Under the pieces are notes generated by a model, which ran no database searches, was not told the DNA's origin, and saw only the letters and a program-made list of their open reading frames with translations. Below are positions 63,270 to 64,000 of a stretch of DNA of 64,000 nucleotides, piece by piece. Source of the DNA: Anthoceros angustus (Eukaryota > Plantae > Anthocerotophyta); NCBI GenBank assembly GCA_010909165.1, contig MU008166.1, forward strand, positions 1,116,001 through 1,180,000, in the 5' to 3' direction. How positions within the stretch are numbered: the first letter of the stretch is position 1; every line of letters begins with the position of its first letter. A program made the position numbers and the translations under genes.

Positions 63270-63538
63270 ACCCAGTCTGGTAGACTCGGAGCCGGCCACC
63301 ATTATATCTCTCGGTGGCGAGGGTTGCGGTCGGGGACAGCACGTGTCTGGGCACCACTCCAAGTGACATGCAGTGGAAGGATGTCTTGAGGCAAGAGTTA
63401 CCTTCGGTGGCTATCTTTGAAGTCTTGCTCACTGTGATGCCGACGCTCTGCCATGACTTGATAATCGGCAAACCCTGGCTCGCCAAACAGTGCAACAAGT
63501 TGGAGCTAGATTGGGCACGAAACATAGTTAGATTGGGG
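63270..63538 (+). pseudogene. gypsy aspartic protease fragment
   Basis: LVDS(G)A-like motif at ~63278 and HDLIIGKPWL. Confidence 0.65.
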
Positions 63539-64000
63539 TGTGGGCACGGTTAGGTATACCACATTTTGTGACATATGCAAATGTGCACTATGTGCTGCAT
63601 ATATGGCGAGTTTCGGTTATCCAATATTTATATAGTTTGAAGTTAAGTCAAATTTGGAGCGTGAACATGTCATGCTTGAACTTGGGAGGAAAGTACCGGC
63701 TCGGGCGTGAAGGTGTGGCGGTTTGAGCTCTCGGGGAGCTCGAGGCGCGCCACCATCGCCATTTGGAGTGTTCGGGAGGAAGGAGGAGGGTGCCCACTCA
63801 TCCACAATGAGGTCCCCACGGTTTAGAGGCAGCGGTCGGAAGGAGATCGGGCCAGCGCCGGGAGGACAGCCAACCGACCCAAGACAAGGGTCGGTGGGTA
63901 GGGATGAGGGCCTAGCAGTAAGAGGTCCGCAGATAAGGGGTCCGGAGCTTGGGGACGGACCCCGGTAATAAGTTCGGACCCTGAGGTCCGAACCCCAGAT
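63539..64000 (+). repeat. second copy of the terminus at 48904 (runs off window)
   Basis: TGTGGGCACGGTTAGGTATACC..., near-identical to 48904-49080, then diverged. Confidence 0.8.

Overview
Eukaryotic, repeat-rich nuclear DNA, inferred to be from a streptophyte (non-seed plant or charophyte alga), based on an intron-rich JMJ21-type gene, telo-boxes and plant-type LTR elements. The prokaryotic-style ORF track is mostly uninformative because genes are spliced or frameshifted. One host gene is essentially intact: F-box + JmjC + APH-like kinase (JMJ21/At1g78280 type, ~39.7-44.6 kb). Everything else is nested mobile DNA. (i) A Ty3/gypsy LTR retrotransposon (1-10140) has a DNMT3-like C5 cytosine methyltransferase between protease and RT and a PHD finger at the end of integrase. 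This is the most notable feature, and its DNMT region is duplicated around a templated insertion. (ii) A spliced orphan gene is split by a 3.7-kb ORF-bearing solo LTR (TSD CCTCA), which itself contains a full-length Ty1/copia with an extra upstream ORF. (iii) A probable Kyakuja-Dileera-Zisupton (KDZ) transposase gene has an intron full of palindromic repeats. (iv) There are LINE and copia fragments. (v) A tandem repeat downstream of JMJ21 carries an inverted copy of JMJ21 intron 1. (vi) A full-length minus-strand Athila/Tat-like gypsy (52647-62831) has 2.2-kb LTRs. Nearly all TE reading frames are frameshifted (decay and/or long-read consensus error). Domain calls come from motif recognition by eye, not from database searches.
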